A DNA stretch of 64,000 bases from Candidatus Dojkabacteria bacterium (GCA_030950485.1 JAUZRK010000001.1:103998-167997); one strand, 5' to 3'. Shown: positions 21,891-34,484, counted from the stretch's first letter. Numbers and translations are program-made. Notes: generated by a model not told the origin, from the letters alone.

Positions 21891-22484
21891 ATGTCTATAA
21901 ACGAAAAAACTCTAGAACAACTCTTTGTTTCAAAGGTTAGAATTAAAGCGCTTAGATACTTTATGACTAATCCTACAATATCTATTCATCTTAGAGGAGC
22001 TGTTAGGGAGTTTGATGAAGAGATTAATGCTGTAAGAAGAGAACTAATGAGATTAGAGACTGTTGGACTAATAAAAGTAGAAACTAAGGGTAATAGAAAA
22101 TATTTTAAGTTAAATATAAATCATTCTTTAGTAGATGAATTAAGTAATTTAATTCATAAAACTTTTGGTTTAGGAGGAGAGATTACATCCCAAGCAAGTA
22201 AACTTGGTGATATTAAATTTGCATTCTTAACTCCATCTTTTACAAAAGGTTTTCAGTATGGAAACCAAATTATTGACCTTGTTCTTATAGGTACAGTAAA
22301 TATGAACGATTTAAACAAAATAGTAAAAGTACAAGAAGATGCTACCGGTAAAGAAATACACTATACTGTAATTAGTAATACTGAATTTGATCTAAGAAAA
22401 AGAAGAAAAGATAACTTTTACACAGATTTAATTGAGCAAAGTCTTGTAATGTTAGTAGGAAAACAAGAAGACCTTATCTCATAA
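21891..22484 (+). CDS. Winged-helix protein with degenerate nucleotidyltransferase-like C-terminus
   Basis: SKVRIK, INAVRREL, GNRKYF; IDLVLIG. Confidence 0.7.
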   Translation: MSINEKTLEQLFVSKVRIKALRYFMTNPTISIHLRGAVREFDEEINAVRRELMRLETVGLIKVETKGNRKYFKLNINHSLVDELSNLIHKTFGLGGEITSQASKLGDIKFAFLTPSFTKGFQYGNQIIDLVLIGTVNMNDLNKIVKVQEDATGKEIHYTVISNTEFDLRKRRKDNFYTDLIEQSLVMLVGKQEDLIS

Positions 22485-22487
22485 AAT

Positions 22488-23765
22488 ATGAATAAATTAT
22501 TAACTAAAGCTCTTATTATATTGTTAGCATTTAGCTTTCTAACTACTATCATTCCTAATTTTACGAGCATTGATAATACTATTGAAGCTGATGATACTGA
22601 TACAGCAGATTTAGAGCAAGAGTTGAGAGATATAGAAGCACAAAGAAGAGCACTTCAGTTAGAGCAAGAAGAAATTCAAAATAAGATCAACGAAAATAAT
22701 TATCTTATAGAAGGATATAACGACCAGGCGTCTTCTTTATGGGGAGAAATTCAGATTTTTCAAAAAGATATAGATATTTTAGCTTTAGAAATTAATGAAA
22801 TAGAAATTAGTATTGAAGCTTTAAATGGACAAATAGAAAAAAAACTAGCTAAAATTGAAGTTAGTGAAGGTAATATTTCAGAAATGGAAACAGAATCTGA
22901 TAAGAGAATAGTAAGTAGTTATAAAAATTTTAGAGTTTATGGACACGATTTAGGGTCTGGATCTAGCTTTCTTAATGTAGACGAGGTTAATGATTATTTT
23001 AAAGATACAAAATATAGAGATATTATCCAATCTGATGCAAATCAGATTATTAATGATTTACATGATTTAAGAGAAGAATTAAGAGTAAAAAAAGCTGATT
23101 TAGAAGAGAATTTAATTGAAGTAAAAAAAGAAAGAGAAAATATTGAATCTAGAAAATTAGATTTAGATACTAAAAAGGCAGAGATACAAGCTAAATGGAG
23201 TACTTATGAATCAGAGATAAATAATATAGCGAATAGAAATGCAGAAAACCAAAACCTACTATTTGTTATTTCACAAGAAGATATTGATTTAAATACAAGA
23301 GCTGAACGAATTAGAGAAGAGATATTTAATACTTTTACTCCACCTAGTGATGGGGAATATGTAACTGCAGGAAGACCCATAGGTACACAAGGTTGTACAG
23401 GTCTTTGTACTGGAGCTCACTTACATTTTATAGTCTGGGATTATGGTAACTATCAAGATCCTTGCGGATATCTTCCTTCTGGTAATGTCGCAGGATGTGG
23501 TTGGGGAAATAGTCTTGATTGGCCTATAGGTAGCGCTGTATTTACTAGTGGATATGGAAGCAGATGTTTTAACTGGGGAGGTCAACAATACTGTGATTGG
23601 CATAATGGTGCTGACTTTGCTGGACCTGCTGGAAGTACAATATTCTCAGCTCATGATGGATGGTTATATTATGGATGGGATCCATATGGAGCTCACTATG
23701 CAATAATTTGTCAAAATGCAGATTGTAATACTGGTATTAAAACTGGGTATTGGCATATGCAGTAG
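22488..23765 (+). CDS. Secreted coiled-coil protein with circularly permuted M23 peptidase domain
   Basis: Signal peptide, long coiled coil, TGAHLHF located before HNGAD. Confidence 0.85.
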   Translation: MNKLLTKALIILLAFSFLTTIIPNFTSIDNTIEADDTDTADLEQELRDIEAQRRALQLEQEEIQNKINENNYLIEGYNDQASSLWGEIQIFQKDIDILALEINEIEISIEALNGQIEKKLAKIEVSEGNISEMETESDKRIVSSYKNFRVYGHDLGSGSSFLNVDEVNDYFKDTKYRDIIQSDANQIINDLHDLREELRVKKADLEENLIEVKKERENIESRKLDLDTKKAEIQAKWSTYESEINNIANRNAENQNLLFVISQEDIDLNTRAERIREEIFNTFTPPSDGEYVTAGRPIGTQGCTGLCTGAHLHFIVWDYGNYQDPCGYLPSGNVAGCGWGNSLDWPIGSAVFTSGYGSRCFNWGGQQYCDWHNGADFAGPAGSTIFSAHDGWLYYGWDPYGAHYAIICQNADCNTGIKTGYWHMQ

Positions 23766-23774
23766 GAACTATAT

Positions 23775-24871
23775 CTATGAAGCTTGATCCTCAGCTACCA
23801 TTTTAAAAATCACAGGTTTAAAGTCTGCTTTAATCTGGTACATTTGATTACCAAGTGCTTGTGAAATTTTATCTGAGTCTTCTGATCTCGCTTTCTCAAG
23901 CTCCCTTGCAATATCATATAAGAAATAAAGCCCAAGGAAATCTGGGATTTTCGGATCTTGCTCTAGACGTTTTCTTTCGTCTTCAATTATTTTATCTAAT
24001 TCAATATTTTCATCCCGGTTAACATTTTCTATCGCATTTGCAATTCTTTTAAAGCTATCCTGATATGCATTTATTTCATATGGGAATAATCTAGGATCTC
24101 TATTCTCTATAAATATTGAAATTCTATTAACTCGCCAATCATATCCCTGATCATGTAGATATTCTTCTCCTTCATTGTCAGATATGATGTTATTTGTACC
24201 TCTTTTAGCCTGCCTCCAGTTACTGTAAATATTTATTAATAAATTACGAAGAGGAAGTGAATTCGGATTAATAGCAGGATCCCCATCAACTCCACCAATA
24301 ATTTGAACTATACTTCTAACTGTTGTGGCTGATTTTAATTCTTTAATCACATCGCCTAGGCTCTCTATCTGTTCACTTGTAAATCCACTGTCTATAATTA
24401 CCTTTGCAATCTCAGACCACTGCTTATTTCGATTACTCCAATCTTCTCTAATAGCTATAACATAATTTCTTATAAGTACGGGGTTATGAATTAATGCGTC
24501 ATTAATCTCAGCTATTAGTCCATCAATGTCATCTTCCAGTATTTTTTTCTGTCCAGGCTCGAAATTAGATAATTTAGCTCTCTACACTTTCATTACTTTG
24601 ACAATTTTACCCACTATAGTCTCAGCCTCTGTTGGTTTTCATCATCACCAGTACCTATTCCTGCTATTAGTCCTAAGACATATGCAGGGACTTTACCTTG
24701 ACGAGATTCCTTCTCTCCAGAGCTTGGATCTCTAATGTCAATTAACCCCAACTTATAGTTTTTAACATTATCACGGAACCACTCATCATGAGCTTCGTCC
24801 TCAATTCTATTAAATAAATCCTTCTCTTGTGTTTCTATGTTAATTCCACTAACTATTGCTTCTGCTCCCAT
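23775..24871 (-). pseudogene. Hypothetical protein split by frameshift (~24637) and in-frame TAG (24582-24584)
   Basis: Shifted frame runs into the 24350 ORF with one stop; TATAAT 5 nt before ATG 24871. Confidence 0.65.
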
Positions 24872-24971
24872 ACCGAATTATAGTACTAAATCTTCATTTA
24901 TAGAAATCGTTTTCTATAGATTCAGGTTATACTCTAAGTGATAATCGGCTATAAACTTTTATAACTCATTA

Positions 24972-25677
24972 ATGGAACTACACTATATTCAAGCAGCAAT
25001 ACTTTTAGAACTAGGCCAGATAAAAGGCCTAACTTTTAGTGGATTCAAAATACCGACTGAGCTTAATATAGAAGCAGATAAATTTAACTACCATCTTAAA
25101 ACGCTAGTAAAACTAAAACTAGTAAATAAAAAAAGAAGGAGAGTACTCATTAAGTTTTGAAGGTAAGAAGATTGTAAGTAATCTAGATTTTATAAATAAA
25201 CAAAAAGAGGAAACACCTAAAATAAGTATTATGGCTAGGATATTCAGAGAGAAAAAAGGTATTAAGCAAATTTTAGTTAGCCAACGACTTAAACATCCTT
25301 ACTTAAACGCACTCGGTTTAGTTACTGGAAAAGTCAAAGTTGGAGAAAAATTTGAAGACGAGATGATTCGAGAATGTATTGAAGAAACGGGGCTTGTTCC
25401 TACTAAGTTTGAAATGGTAGGAGTAGCTAGATGGATTGATTATGATTCGAAGAAGACATTGCTACACGATGCTACTTTTATAATTTTCGATGTTTATGAA
25501 ACTGATGGAGTATTAATAGAGCAGAGTGATGAATCTAAAAATTTCTGGGTAGATTATTCAGAATTAAAAAATATGGACAATTTATTGCCTACTTTAAAAG
25601 AGATGGCTAAGGGGAAGGAGCTCCAGAGTAGAACAATGGTTTTTGAGGAAAGAGTAGCTGTTTTGGATAATTTTTAG
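24972..25677 (+). pseudogene. wHTH-NUDIX fusion with frameshift in A-run ~25130
   Basis: FNYHLKTL HTH; GKVKVGEKFEDEMIRECIEETGL Nudix box. Confidence 0.75.
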
Positions 25678-25786
25678 GGGTTAGTTTGAAACGTTTCGGG
25701 ACACGGTTCAACCTTGACCCAGCCAGGGTCACAACCTAGATCATCCGCAAGTGTACATACACTGGCGCATGGTTTGCCATTTTTAT

Positions 25787-25817
25787 GCAGGAGCATGGTT
25801 GTACCATGCTCCGATAC
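25787..25817. repeat. Intergenic REP-like hairpin
   Basis: GGAGCATGGT-TGT-ACCATGCTCC; related coding copy at 55849-55874. Confidence 0.7.
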
Positions 25818-25869
25818 GTTTTTATGACAAAGCTAAAAGTTCATGAGAAAGTATATTTACGAATCAAAT

Positions 25870-26325
25870 CTAAATCGACTCAGTCTTTACAAGCTTCATA
25901 TCATCATCAAAAGTATATTTAGCCTCATAGAAGTCTGGGGAGCTAAGAATTATTGGAGCATACACTTTATCTGCTTGAGGTAAAGCTATTTCGTCTAACT
26001 TAACGATTGATATCCATTGAAGCTTATGACCTTCTACGTCTTTTGTTGTCTCTCCTTTGAAATCCTCTATAAGGTAAATGAATAAATGCCATTGAATATC
26101 TTTTGATACTTCAGTTACTAACCCTTTTAATTTAGTATCAGCTATCTCTAGTCCCGTAGTTAAACAGTTTCTTCGTACATTTTCGAAAGTTGATTCACTA
26201 TCTTTTACTAGATCACCCAGAGGAATATAGATTTCTCCATAGTGTAAATGAGGCTTTTCAACTAATAAAATCTCATTTTTATTATTTCGAATAAATATTA
26301 CAGTTTCCGGTCTTATCTCTCTCAT
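25870..26325 (-). CDS. Degenerate NUDIX (8-oxo-dGTPase-like) protein
   Basis: EILLVEK, LKGLV, LQWI, LPQADK; catalytic box eroded. Confidence 0.65.
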   Translation of the reverse strand: MREIRPETVIFIRNNKNEILLVEKPHLHYGEIYIPLGDLVKDSESTFENVRRNCLTTGLEIADTKLKGLVTEVSKDIQWHLFIYLIEDFKGETTKDVEGHKLQWISIVKLDEIALPQADKVYAPIILSSPDFYEAKYTFDDDMKLVKTESI

Positions 26326-26326
26326 A

Positions 26327-27520
26327 TTATTTTTTATAGATTTTAATTGCCCCCTTTAAGCCCTCTATAAGCTTAGCAATGTCTTCCTCGTTATTATAAA
26401 CACTAATACTAGCTCTTAAACTTGCAGGAACATTTAGCACGTCTCTATGCAGGATCTGGGTACAGTGATGTCCTGCTCTTACACAAATGTTTTTCTCTCC
26501 TAAGTAAGCAGATATATCATGTGAATGAATTCCTTCAATATTAAAACTAACTACAGCTAGAGCCTCTTTACCTGTAACATTTTTAGGATGATATATTTCT
26601 ATATTCTCAATTTCATCTAATCTTTCTAGTAAATAAAGTCTAAGCCTTTCTTCACTTAGCTTTATTTCTTCAAAACCAATACTGTCAATAAATCTTACAG
26701 CTTCTGCAAGTGCTATCGCTGCTGCTATATTAGGTGTACCAGCTTCAAATTTTGTTGGACCGCTTGCGTAGGTAGAACCGTTCCGTGTTACTTCATCTAT
26801 CATTCCTCCACCTAGCTTAAATGGATTTAGTTCTTTCATAATCTCTTCTTTTATATATAGAACACCTATTCCCGTTGGGGCAAACAGTTTATGTCCCGAG
26901 AAAGTTAAGAAATCTACATCTAAATCTTTGACGTCTATTTTCATATGCGCTATTGATTGAGTCGCATCTATAATTGAGTAGGCATTTTCATTAGAAGTTA
27001 TTATCTCTTTTATCGGTATTATTGTTCCAGTAACGTTACTGGCATGAATACTTGCAAAAATGTCAGAATCTTTGAATATCTTTGTATCATTTATTAAGTA
27101 ATTATCATCTAATCCTAAATATTGAATCATTTCTGGCTGTAAGTCCTGCCATGGTAGGACGTTAGAGTGATGTTCAAGATCTGTTAATGTGATTTTTGGA
27201 GGAACATTGATAAAACCACTTGAATAAAGTGATCTAGAAACTCCGTTAATTGCCTCTGTTGCGCCAGATGTAAAGATTATTTCATTAGGTTCCGCATTTA
27301 TAAATTTAGCAATTGTCTCTCTTACTTTTTCATATTCATCTGTGGCTTTTTCAGAAAGAGGGTAGAGTCCCCTATGAACATTCGAATTATATTCCGTATA
27401 AAATTCTACTAATTTATCAATTACTACTTTTGGTTTTTGAGAAGTAGATGCACTGTCTAGATAGACAAGTCCTTTATTTTTAGAAAAAATTGGGAATTGA
27501 TTTTTTATATTATTATTCAT
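26327..27520 (-). CDS. sufS: Cysteine desulfurase SufS
   Basis: YLDSASTSQKP, EHHSN, FSGHK, EAGTP, RAGHHC. Confidence 0.96.
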   Translation of the reverse strand: MNNNIKNQFPIFSKNKGLVYLDSASTSQKPKVVIDKLVEFYTEYNSNVHRGLYPLSEKATDEYEKVRETIAKFINAEPNEIIFTSGATEAINGVSRSLYSSGFINVPPKITLTDLEHHSNVLPWQDLQPEMIQYLGLDDNYLINDTKIFKDSDIFASIHASNVTGTIIPIKEIITSNENAYSIIDATQSIAHMKIDVKDLDVDFLTFSGHKLFAPTGIGVLYIKEEIMKELNPFKLGGGMIDEVTRNGSTYASGPTKFEAGTPNIAAAIALAEAVRFIDSIGFEEIKLSEERLRLYLLERLDEIENIEIYHPKNVTGKEALAVVSFNIEGIHSHDISAYLGEKNICVRAGHHCTQILHRDVLNVPASLRASISVYNNEEDIAKLIEGLKGAIKIYKK

Positions 27521-27580
27521 GTTTATATTTTACCAGACAAACAGAAGTATAGATGTTTTTAATCATACTAAAGTTACTAT

Positions 27581-29518
27581 CTATATATTGAAGTCGCCGT
27601 TTAAAACAAGCTTATAATTCTGAGGCTTATCTAAATCTAGAATAAACATACCCTTATTTCTTATTAGATAAAATAGGTAGTCTCCCTGGATAAAGAAATT
27701 AGTAATTATATCTGAAGTATTTAAACTTGTAATTTGCTCTTCACTATTTTTATCTATGTTAAACAAAAATATATTACTTCTTCCGTCCTCGTTATTTATA
27801 TATAAGAATTTATTGTTAGATCCATTTAAGAATCTATAATTATTTCCTTCATTTCTAGTAGCTAATGTTCTAAGTTCAGATGTTCTTAAATCATAGACTA
27901 CCAGCTCTACAAATCTTGTATTTTCATCTATTGCTGTTAATAAAACTCTAGTTCCATCTGGCGAGACATCTAAGATACTGATAGCTGGGTTCTCAAGTAC
28001 ATCTCTCCTATCAAGTGTCTGTATATTCATTCTAGTAAGTGTCATTTCAGAATCTTTATTTGGCCTATAAGTATAGTAAAGCCAAGTACTATCATCGCTA
28101 ATTCTTGAGTCTAAAAACTCTCCTTCACTTGCTGAAGTTATATCCTTAAATGTAGATCCGTTAAGATACTTTAAACCTAGTGTTACAAAATTTGATTTTC
28201 TATCAGGATAATAAACTGTGCTAAATAGTTCAGCCTTATAGTTCGGGATTATTCTTCCTGACAAGGAGATATCTTCTTGTAGGTACTGGAACGAATTATT
28301 ATTTAAATCTAATGCGTAGATTGGAGAAATAACTTCTTTCTTAGAATCTTCAAGTTCTTGAAATCCAGATTGAAAGTAAATTTTATCTCTTGTTTCATCT
28401 AAGTACAGATTGATAGGATTAATATTTAGAAAGCCTTTTGTAAGATTTACTAGGTTTTCTCCGTCATAGCTAGACTTATATAGTTGATGTCCTTCATCAA
28501 TCTCTCCAGCATCGTATCCAAAGTAAACAGTCCCTTCCTCTACTAGTCTAAAGTTAAATGGTTTATTTACACCTTGCTTAATGTCTAATTCATATTCCCT
28601 TTCTTCATATCCATCAGCTGATACTCTTACAAGATATTTCTTTCCTATTTCAAGATCTTCTACAACAAAAATCTCCATATCTTTGTCTATAATTACTCTT
28701 TCTTCTTGAACATTATTAATTCTTATCTTTAAGTCTTCAACAAGATCTCCTTTAACATAGCTTATTATTGATCCTTCAAGTCTTCCAGATGGCGCTAGCT
28801 CTAATGATCCAATATTATTAATTCCAGCATTTATTGTAATTGTTTTATTTATCTCGTTAAAATTTGGAGATGTAAATATTAGTGGGTATTCTCCAACTTC
28901 AATTTGTCCTAGGTTAAATGTTCCGTCAAGACTATATGTTATTTTCTTACCATTTATCATTAACTCATCTTTGTTTACGTCTAGTTGATATCCGTCTGGG
29001 GCTATTATTGTTCCTGATACATTAGCTAAGGATTCAGAGTTCAAGAGTATACTTTTCTCATTTTTATAGTTAAACAAGCTTCTCGTAACTTCTATATTTT
29101 CAGTGTAGGTAGCGTATCCATCTTTAGTTACAGTAAGAGTATAAGTTCCTAGGTCTAGATTTTCTAATTTATAAAACCCCTCTATATTTGATACATTTTG
29201 ACTGTATCCATCAATTGAAACTGTTGCTCCAGGGAGAACGTCTTGTTCTAGATCACTTACGATGTAGCCCTCTAGGGTAATGTTTGCAAGGGTTGCGTCT
29301 GTTTTTGTAAAGTATAGTCCTAGTGTTAGGGAAAATATTACAAAAGAGAGTAGTAGTACCGTTAGTAATATCTTTTTTATTGTTTTAAATCCTCCTGATA
29401 AATCGGGCAGGTAGCTTTTCATTTCTATTTTTTGCTTATATGGCTGTGCAACTGGGGTTGCTACCTGTGGATTTGTAACTTGAGTTGTAGTAATTGGTTG
29501 AGCTTGGATTTCTGCCAT
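27581..29518 (-). CDS. Membrane-anchored surface protein (carboxypeptidase-regulatory-like repeats plus TolB-like propeller)
   Basis: N-terminal TM; GATVSIDG..GTYTLTVTKDGY; SPDGTRVL. Confidence 0.75.
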   Translation of the reverse strand: MAEIQAQPITTTQVTNPQVATPVAQPYKQKIEMKSYLPDLSGGFKTIKKILLTVLLLSFVIFSLTLGLYFTKTDATLANITLEGYIVSDLEQDVLPGATVSIDGYSQNVSNIEGFYKLENLDLGTYTLTVTKDGYATYTENIEVTRSLFNYKNEKSILLNSESLANVSGTIIAPDGYQLDVNKDELMINGKKITYSLDGTFNLGQIEVGEYPLIFTSPNFNEINKTITINAGINNIGSLELAPSGRLEGSIISYVKGDLVEDLKIRINNVQEERVIIDKDMEIFVVEDLEIGKKYLVRVSADGYEEREYELDIKQGVNKPFNFRLVEEGTVYFGYDAGEIDEGHQLYKSSYDGENLVNLTKGFLNINPINLYLDETRDKIYFQSGFQELEDSKKEVISPIYALDLNNNSFQYLQEDISLSGRIIPNYKAELFSTVYYPDRKSNFVTLGLKYLNGSTFKDITSASEGEFLDSRISDDSTWLYYTYRPNKDSEMTLTRMNIQTLDRRDVLENPAISILDVSPDGTRVLLTAIDENTRFVELVVYDLRTSELRTLATRNEGNNYRFLNGSNNKFLYINNEDGRSNIFLFNIDKNSEEQITSLNTSDIITNFFIQGDYLFYLIRNKGMFILDLDKPQNYKLVLNGDFNI

Positions 29519-29555
29519 AGGTATATTGTACAGGAAATATCTTAGAGGTTAAATA

Positions 29556-32500
29556 TTAAGCCGCTTCTTCATTATTAACCCAAAGTACGTCTAAATCCTG
29601 TATTTGATAAGACGGTTTATAAGAAAAATCTTTGAACCCTTTTAGCTGATACCTTTCACCTACTTCTAGAATTTTGAATTGATAGCCCTCTCAAAAAGTC
29701 CTCCTGTCCTATTAGTTCTAATGGCTCCATTTGTTGACATTGCGACTCTTTTAAAACCATTGGCTTTTGCAAAAGCTACTACCTGATCTAATGCAGCGTA
29801 AAAGAATGCTTCTTCATCTGTTGAGTAAAGAAACGTACTAGATGGATTCATTGAAATTACCAATACTCTTTCACCATCCTGTTCGTAGTGGTGCATCATA
29901 GTTAATCCTACAGATACATCAGACCCTTCAGGTACATAAATCATTTGTATAAAATTTTCTTGATCCCACATGTTTTTTCTGCTATAGATGGATTATCCCC
30001 GGAAACGCATACTCCTCCAGTTTACCTTGCATGTGCTGACTCCTTGGTTTTAGTTATTATTCCAAATACTCTTGTTTCTTTGCTATCACTGTTATCAACC
30101 GCTTGAAACTTGTCTATTTCAGTTTTTACTCTATGTGCCTGATCCGAGAAAATATACTGCATTTCACCTGCAATATAATACTTGAATTCGTCTGGATTAA
30201 AATTTATTTCATCTGAAACATCCAATGTAGCATTTTCTAATATTTCATCTAACTCGTCCTGCGTTACAAGCTCATTACTACTGTCAATTCCTAAGATTTC
30301 ATACAGTGCGTCACGGGCAACTACTCTATTTCTTAACTGTCCGAATACTTGTTTACTATCTTTTGAAGCTCCAGAGTCTCCAGTTTGCCTTGAAAATCTT
30401 GAAGCTTTTCTAATAAATCTAATGACAGATTCTTCACTTTTGTATCTGCCATTTGGATATCTCTTTATCAATATTCTCTTTACATTCTTTACTAAGCTAG
30501 GATCTATTCCTATTTTTGATGGGTTCAATTGATTAACTCTTTACTCCTTCTCATTAATAAGTAACTGATCAAATACCTCTCGTAATCTTGTATTAAGAGC
30601 ACCATTATTTTCAACTCTCTCAGCTAGATCTTTAATAGCGTCTTTCATTTTACCAGCAAAAAACTCATGCATTTCTAAGAGTAGTGCATATTCTTCATTC
30701 CTAGAATTCTCTACTCTTATACCGGTTGCATTAATATATCTTTGCATATCCTCAAACTCAGTGAACTGATAAAGCATTACTATCTTACTTAGTTCATACA
30801 TTGTTATATCTTCCTCTCCATAGAGGTGCTGAATCGCAATCGCATAAATTTTCTCTTCATCAGAGGCTTCCATATCAATATCTATTTCATATTTCCGTAA
30901 TATGTTATCAACCTCAATAGTCAGAACATTCTGTCTCCCCTCCTCTTTTGGACTATAAATCGCTCTTTCCCTTACCCAAACTATGTCTTGTTGAAGCGAT
31001 TTAGTTCTTAATCTTATTTCCTCAATATCTTCACCTTCCTTCAAAACTATTTCTTTTGCTGCCCTAGAATCAATAACATATCTATCTTCAATTTTGAACC
31101 CAGCAAGGTCTTCAGATCTATCTTTAGCGGAGTCATTAGATTCATGATTAGTCCAGTTACCTACATTATTTGGATAAGTTGCTGCTAAAACCTCAGCGTA
31201 ATAGGGTAGCTCTCTCTCAGTTTGAGAAAGTTGTTCTCTTGAAACCATCTTTGATTGCACACTCTTAACAGATTCTATGAAGATTCTTCTTTCTGTTGTA
31301 GTATTTCTCCTTTTATATTCTTTTATAATTTCTGGGGTTAGTACTCTTATTTCAGTTATAAATTCTAAAACTAATCTTTTGTCTTCTATACTTTGCTCAA
31401 GTACACCTGCCTTTCTTGCATTTAGGTAACCTCCTAGTAAATTTTCTGCACTACCTCCTAAATTAATAATTCTAATAAAAAAATTAATATCATCTTTACT
31501 ACTCAAAAACTCATTCGTATTCATAATTAATATTCTGTTTAAAGCAGGATTGCTTCTTTCAAGAATCTGTAAGCCTGCAGTATGATTTACGAGAGTCATG
31601 ATGGGCTCTGGATTATCAATTAATAGCTCCATTATGTTACTGGAATGATAGAATTCCCTAAAGCTACGTATAGAATTTTCTATTGTAGATGCCAGTTTGT
31701 CTTCTGAATGTTTCCTTAAAATTTCAGCTCGTATTTCGTCTTCTCTTTCCCCCATTCTAATATGAGCAGCTATTACTCTGTCAAGCTTATCTTGCGATTT
31801 CTCTCCCTCTCTTTTAAGAAGCACTATACTAATTAATGTATCATTAGTCATATGCTTTATACCCTTCAAAGTATCTAATATTTCAGCTGCTTCATTTATT
31901 TCTATTTTTGGGTATAGCCTAGAACTAGTTCTTGTATTGACAAGACTATCAAACCATTTCGCTGCTGTGACAATATCAAGCCCCTCCAATTTTGGTAGTA
32001 TTATATCTAAATCATTCAGATTGGGTTGAAATCTTGAAGTAAAAGTAGCTACATGATAAAGCAAATTCGACACATCATCTTTATTCATGTCTTCATCTAT
32101 TCTTAAATCGGATTTCTCTATTATTCCTATTAAGAAGTCTGAACTTGTAAACAAATTTTCTAACCGTATATTATGATTAAATAGTACCCTTACAGCTTCT
32201 ATATAATGTTCGTTAGCGAATCTTTCCAAAAGAATTTCTTTTACTTGAAATACATTTTCTATAAAGTCTGAATCTTGCCCTATTAAAATTCCAATTTTCA
32301 TGGCAAGTTCCTTATCAATGCCAGGATGACTTAAGCTCTTGATCAATAGATTAGATGGTGTAATATATGCTTGAGCTCCTTCTTTTCTTTCTTGAAGTTC
32401 TACATTTAATGGAATGCAAGTGTTTAAATATACTTTAACCCCATCTAAATAATCTAGATTTAGCTCGAAACCAGTATTATTGGTTCGACCTAGGGTAAAA

Positions 32501-34434
32501 CTTGATATTTGATATTCTAGCTGCCATATTAACTTACGAGCTATTTCAGCACCGAGTTCATCAATTTCGCCTTCTCTCTTAATAGCTATTTCAATTAGCT
32601 GTATTATTTCATTTAGTTGATAGCCATAGGCCTGAGATGCTTCTGCTGTGTTCCCTGCCAACATATATGTACTAAGTCGGCTTAGCTCACTTGCACCTTG
32701 TGACTAATGTTTCATTAAGCCCAGAATAGTTTTATCTCCTCTTTCATAAAAACTTTTAACTGTGTCAATTTCTTCACCCTGAATAGATTCCTGTCTATAT
32801 TTATCAAAATATTCATCTTTGTTTATGACTGGAGCATCTTTTATAAACTCTAGAGCTAACAGTACTTCCGCATCTTCAATTGAACCTGAATCAAGTATTT
32901 GATTTGACCAAAACTTAGAAAACTGGCTATTAATCCTACCACTATGACTAGTAAAATCTACAAGCATGTGTGGTATAAAAGTGGCGCCATTCGTGCTACT
33001 TTCTGATAAAACAAATAAAGCTATCATACCAACAATATCTGAATCTTCTGCACCTATTGCAGCTAAAGTCATTAAAGGGTCTAACACATCGTTTCTTCTA
33101 AAATGATGCGCATCACTACCTATTGTTATTCCACGGAGACTATATTCTAATCGAGTTCGTTTAATTACAGTTATAAAATCTCTCAGAGAACCTAGATCTT
33201 CCTGTGAACCAATCTTATCCGCCTTAGACATCTATAGATAGGGAAACTCGATATCCTCTATAGCCATAGCTTTATGAAAATCATTTTTAATACCATAATT
33301 CCACGATCTTGTTTCTTTAAAAACACTCCTATCCCTGTCTTTTTTACCCTCATATCTATTAGCTATACCAGACATTCGACTAGTAATATAAATTGCTAAG
33401 CTTTGCAATTCTACAAGATCCCCAGCATTTTGAGTAAGTTGAATTTGTCTATGCAGCTGGGCTTCATATCTTTGTGCGAAACCATTTATTACAGCTACTC
33501 CGCTTATAGAGTCAGGGACATCGCCATCAAATAAGTCCCTGACAAATGCCCAATTTATTTCACCGCTTAAATATGCGTCTCGTAATTGTTGCTTTTTATC
33601 TAAAGGTACGTCATTTGCTTCTACCAGAATTGCATCAATCGTACTTTCCTTTACCCATTGATTATTGTCAGAATTCTCCTTGATCGTAGTTAACTCTTTT
33701 AATTTAGTTTCTACCTGTTTTTTTAACCCACTATTATATAAACTCTCAGCTATTACACGCTCTATCTCATTTATTGTTTGGCTTGCTTCTCCCATATTGG
33801 GACTATATTTAGCACCTGAATAATTTTGAACTTTCCCAATTCTTCTCATTTCCTATAATTCATTATTCTTTGCCAATTGATCCTTACTGATTTCGTCTCT
33901 TCTGGTAACAAGTTCTTCTCTTTGTTGTCTTAAAGTTTTAACTGTACCCAATGGTTTCAACCATCTAGCTTCAGCTACCTTAATATCATTATCTATCTTT
34001 ATTATCTCGTCATAGAGCTTTTTATCTTCAGTGTATAGAAAAGCCGTTTCTTCCTCAAGTGTACCTGCCCTTGAATCATATAAATTTTTAATTTTGTATT
34101 CATTTGTCTTAAACTGTTTATATAGTGCAATAGCCCTTGTCACATTCCCTTGGTTACCCTCTTTAAGTGCATCTCCAATAATAACAAGCTCTGCAAGTAG
34201 TTCCGAGTTCGCTCCTTTTAAATCTTTTATAACTCTAACAACATCAATATCGCTTCCTTCTAAATTTTCAAACTCCTCATTATAATCCTCATAGTTTATT
34301 TCTATTAAGCCATCTATCTCTTCTAATGAATCTATAAGAAAGTCAAATTCTATTAGTTCTGGAGATTTTTCAGCACCTCCCTCTATATTACTAGTTAAGT
34401 CTAAATTATCTTTACTTTCATCAAAATCTGACAT
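29556..34434 (-). pseudogene. ~1600-codon hypothetical gene broken by five in-frame stops and two 1-nt shifts
   Basis: ORFs starting 34434, 33849, 33231, 32664, 30528 share one frame, separated by single stops at 33853, 33232, 32704, 30541, 30022; shifts in A-runs ~29975 and ~29672. Confidence 0.8.
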
Positions 34435-34484
34435 CTTTATTCAATTATTTAATTTATTGTATAATGCTGTAAACTAATAAGAGT

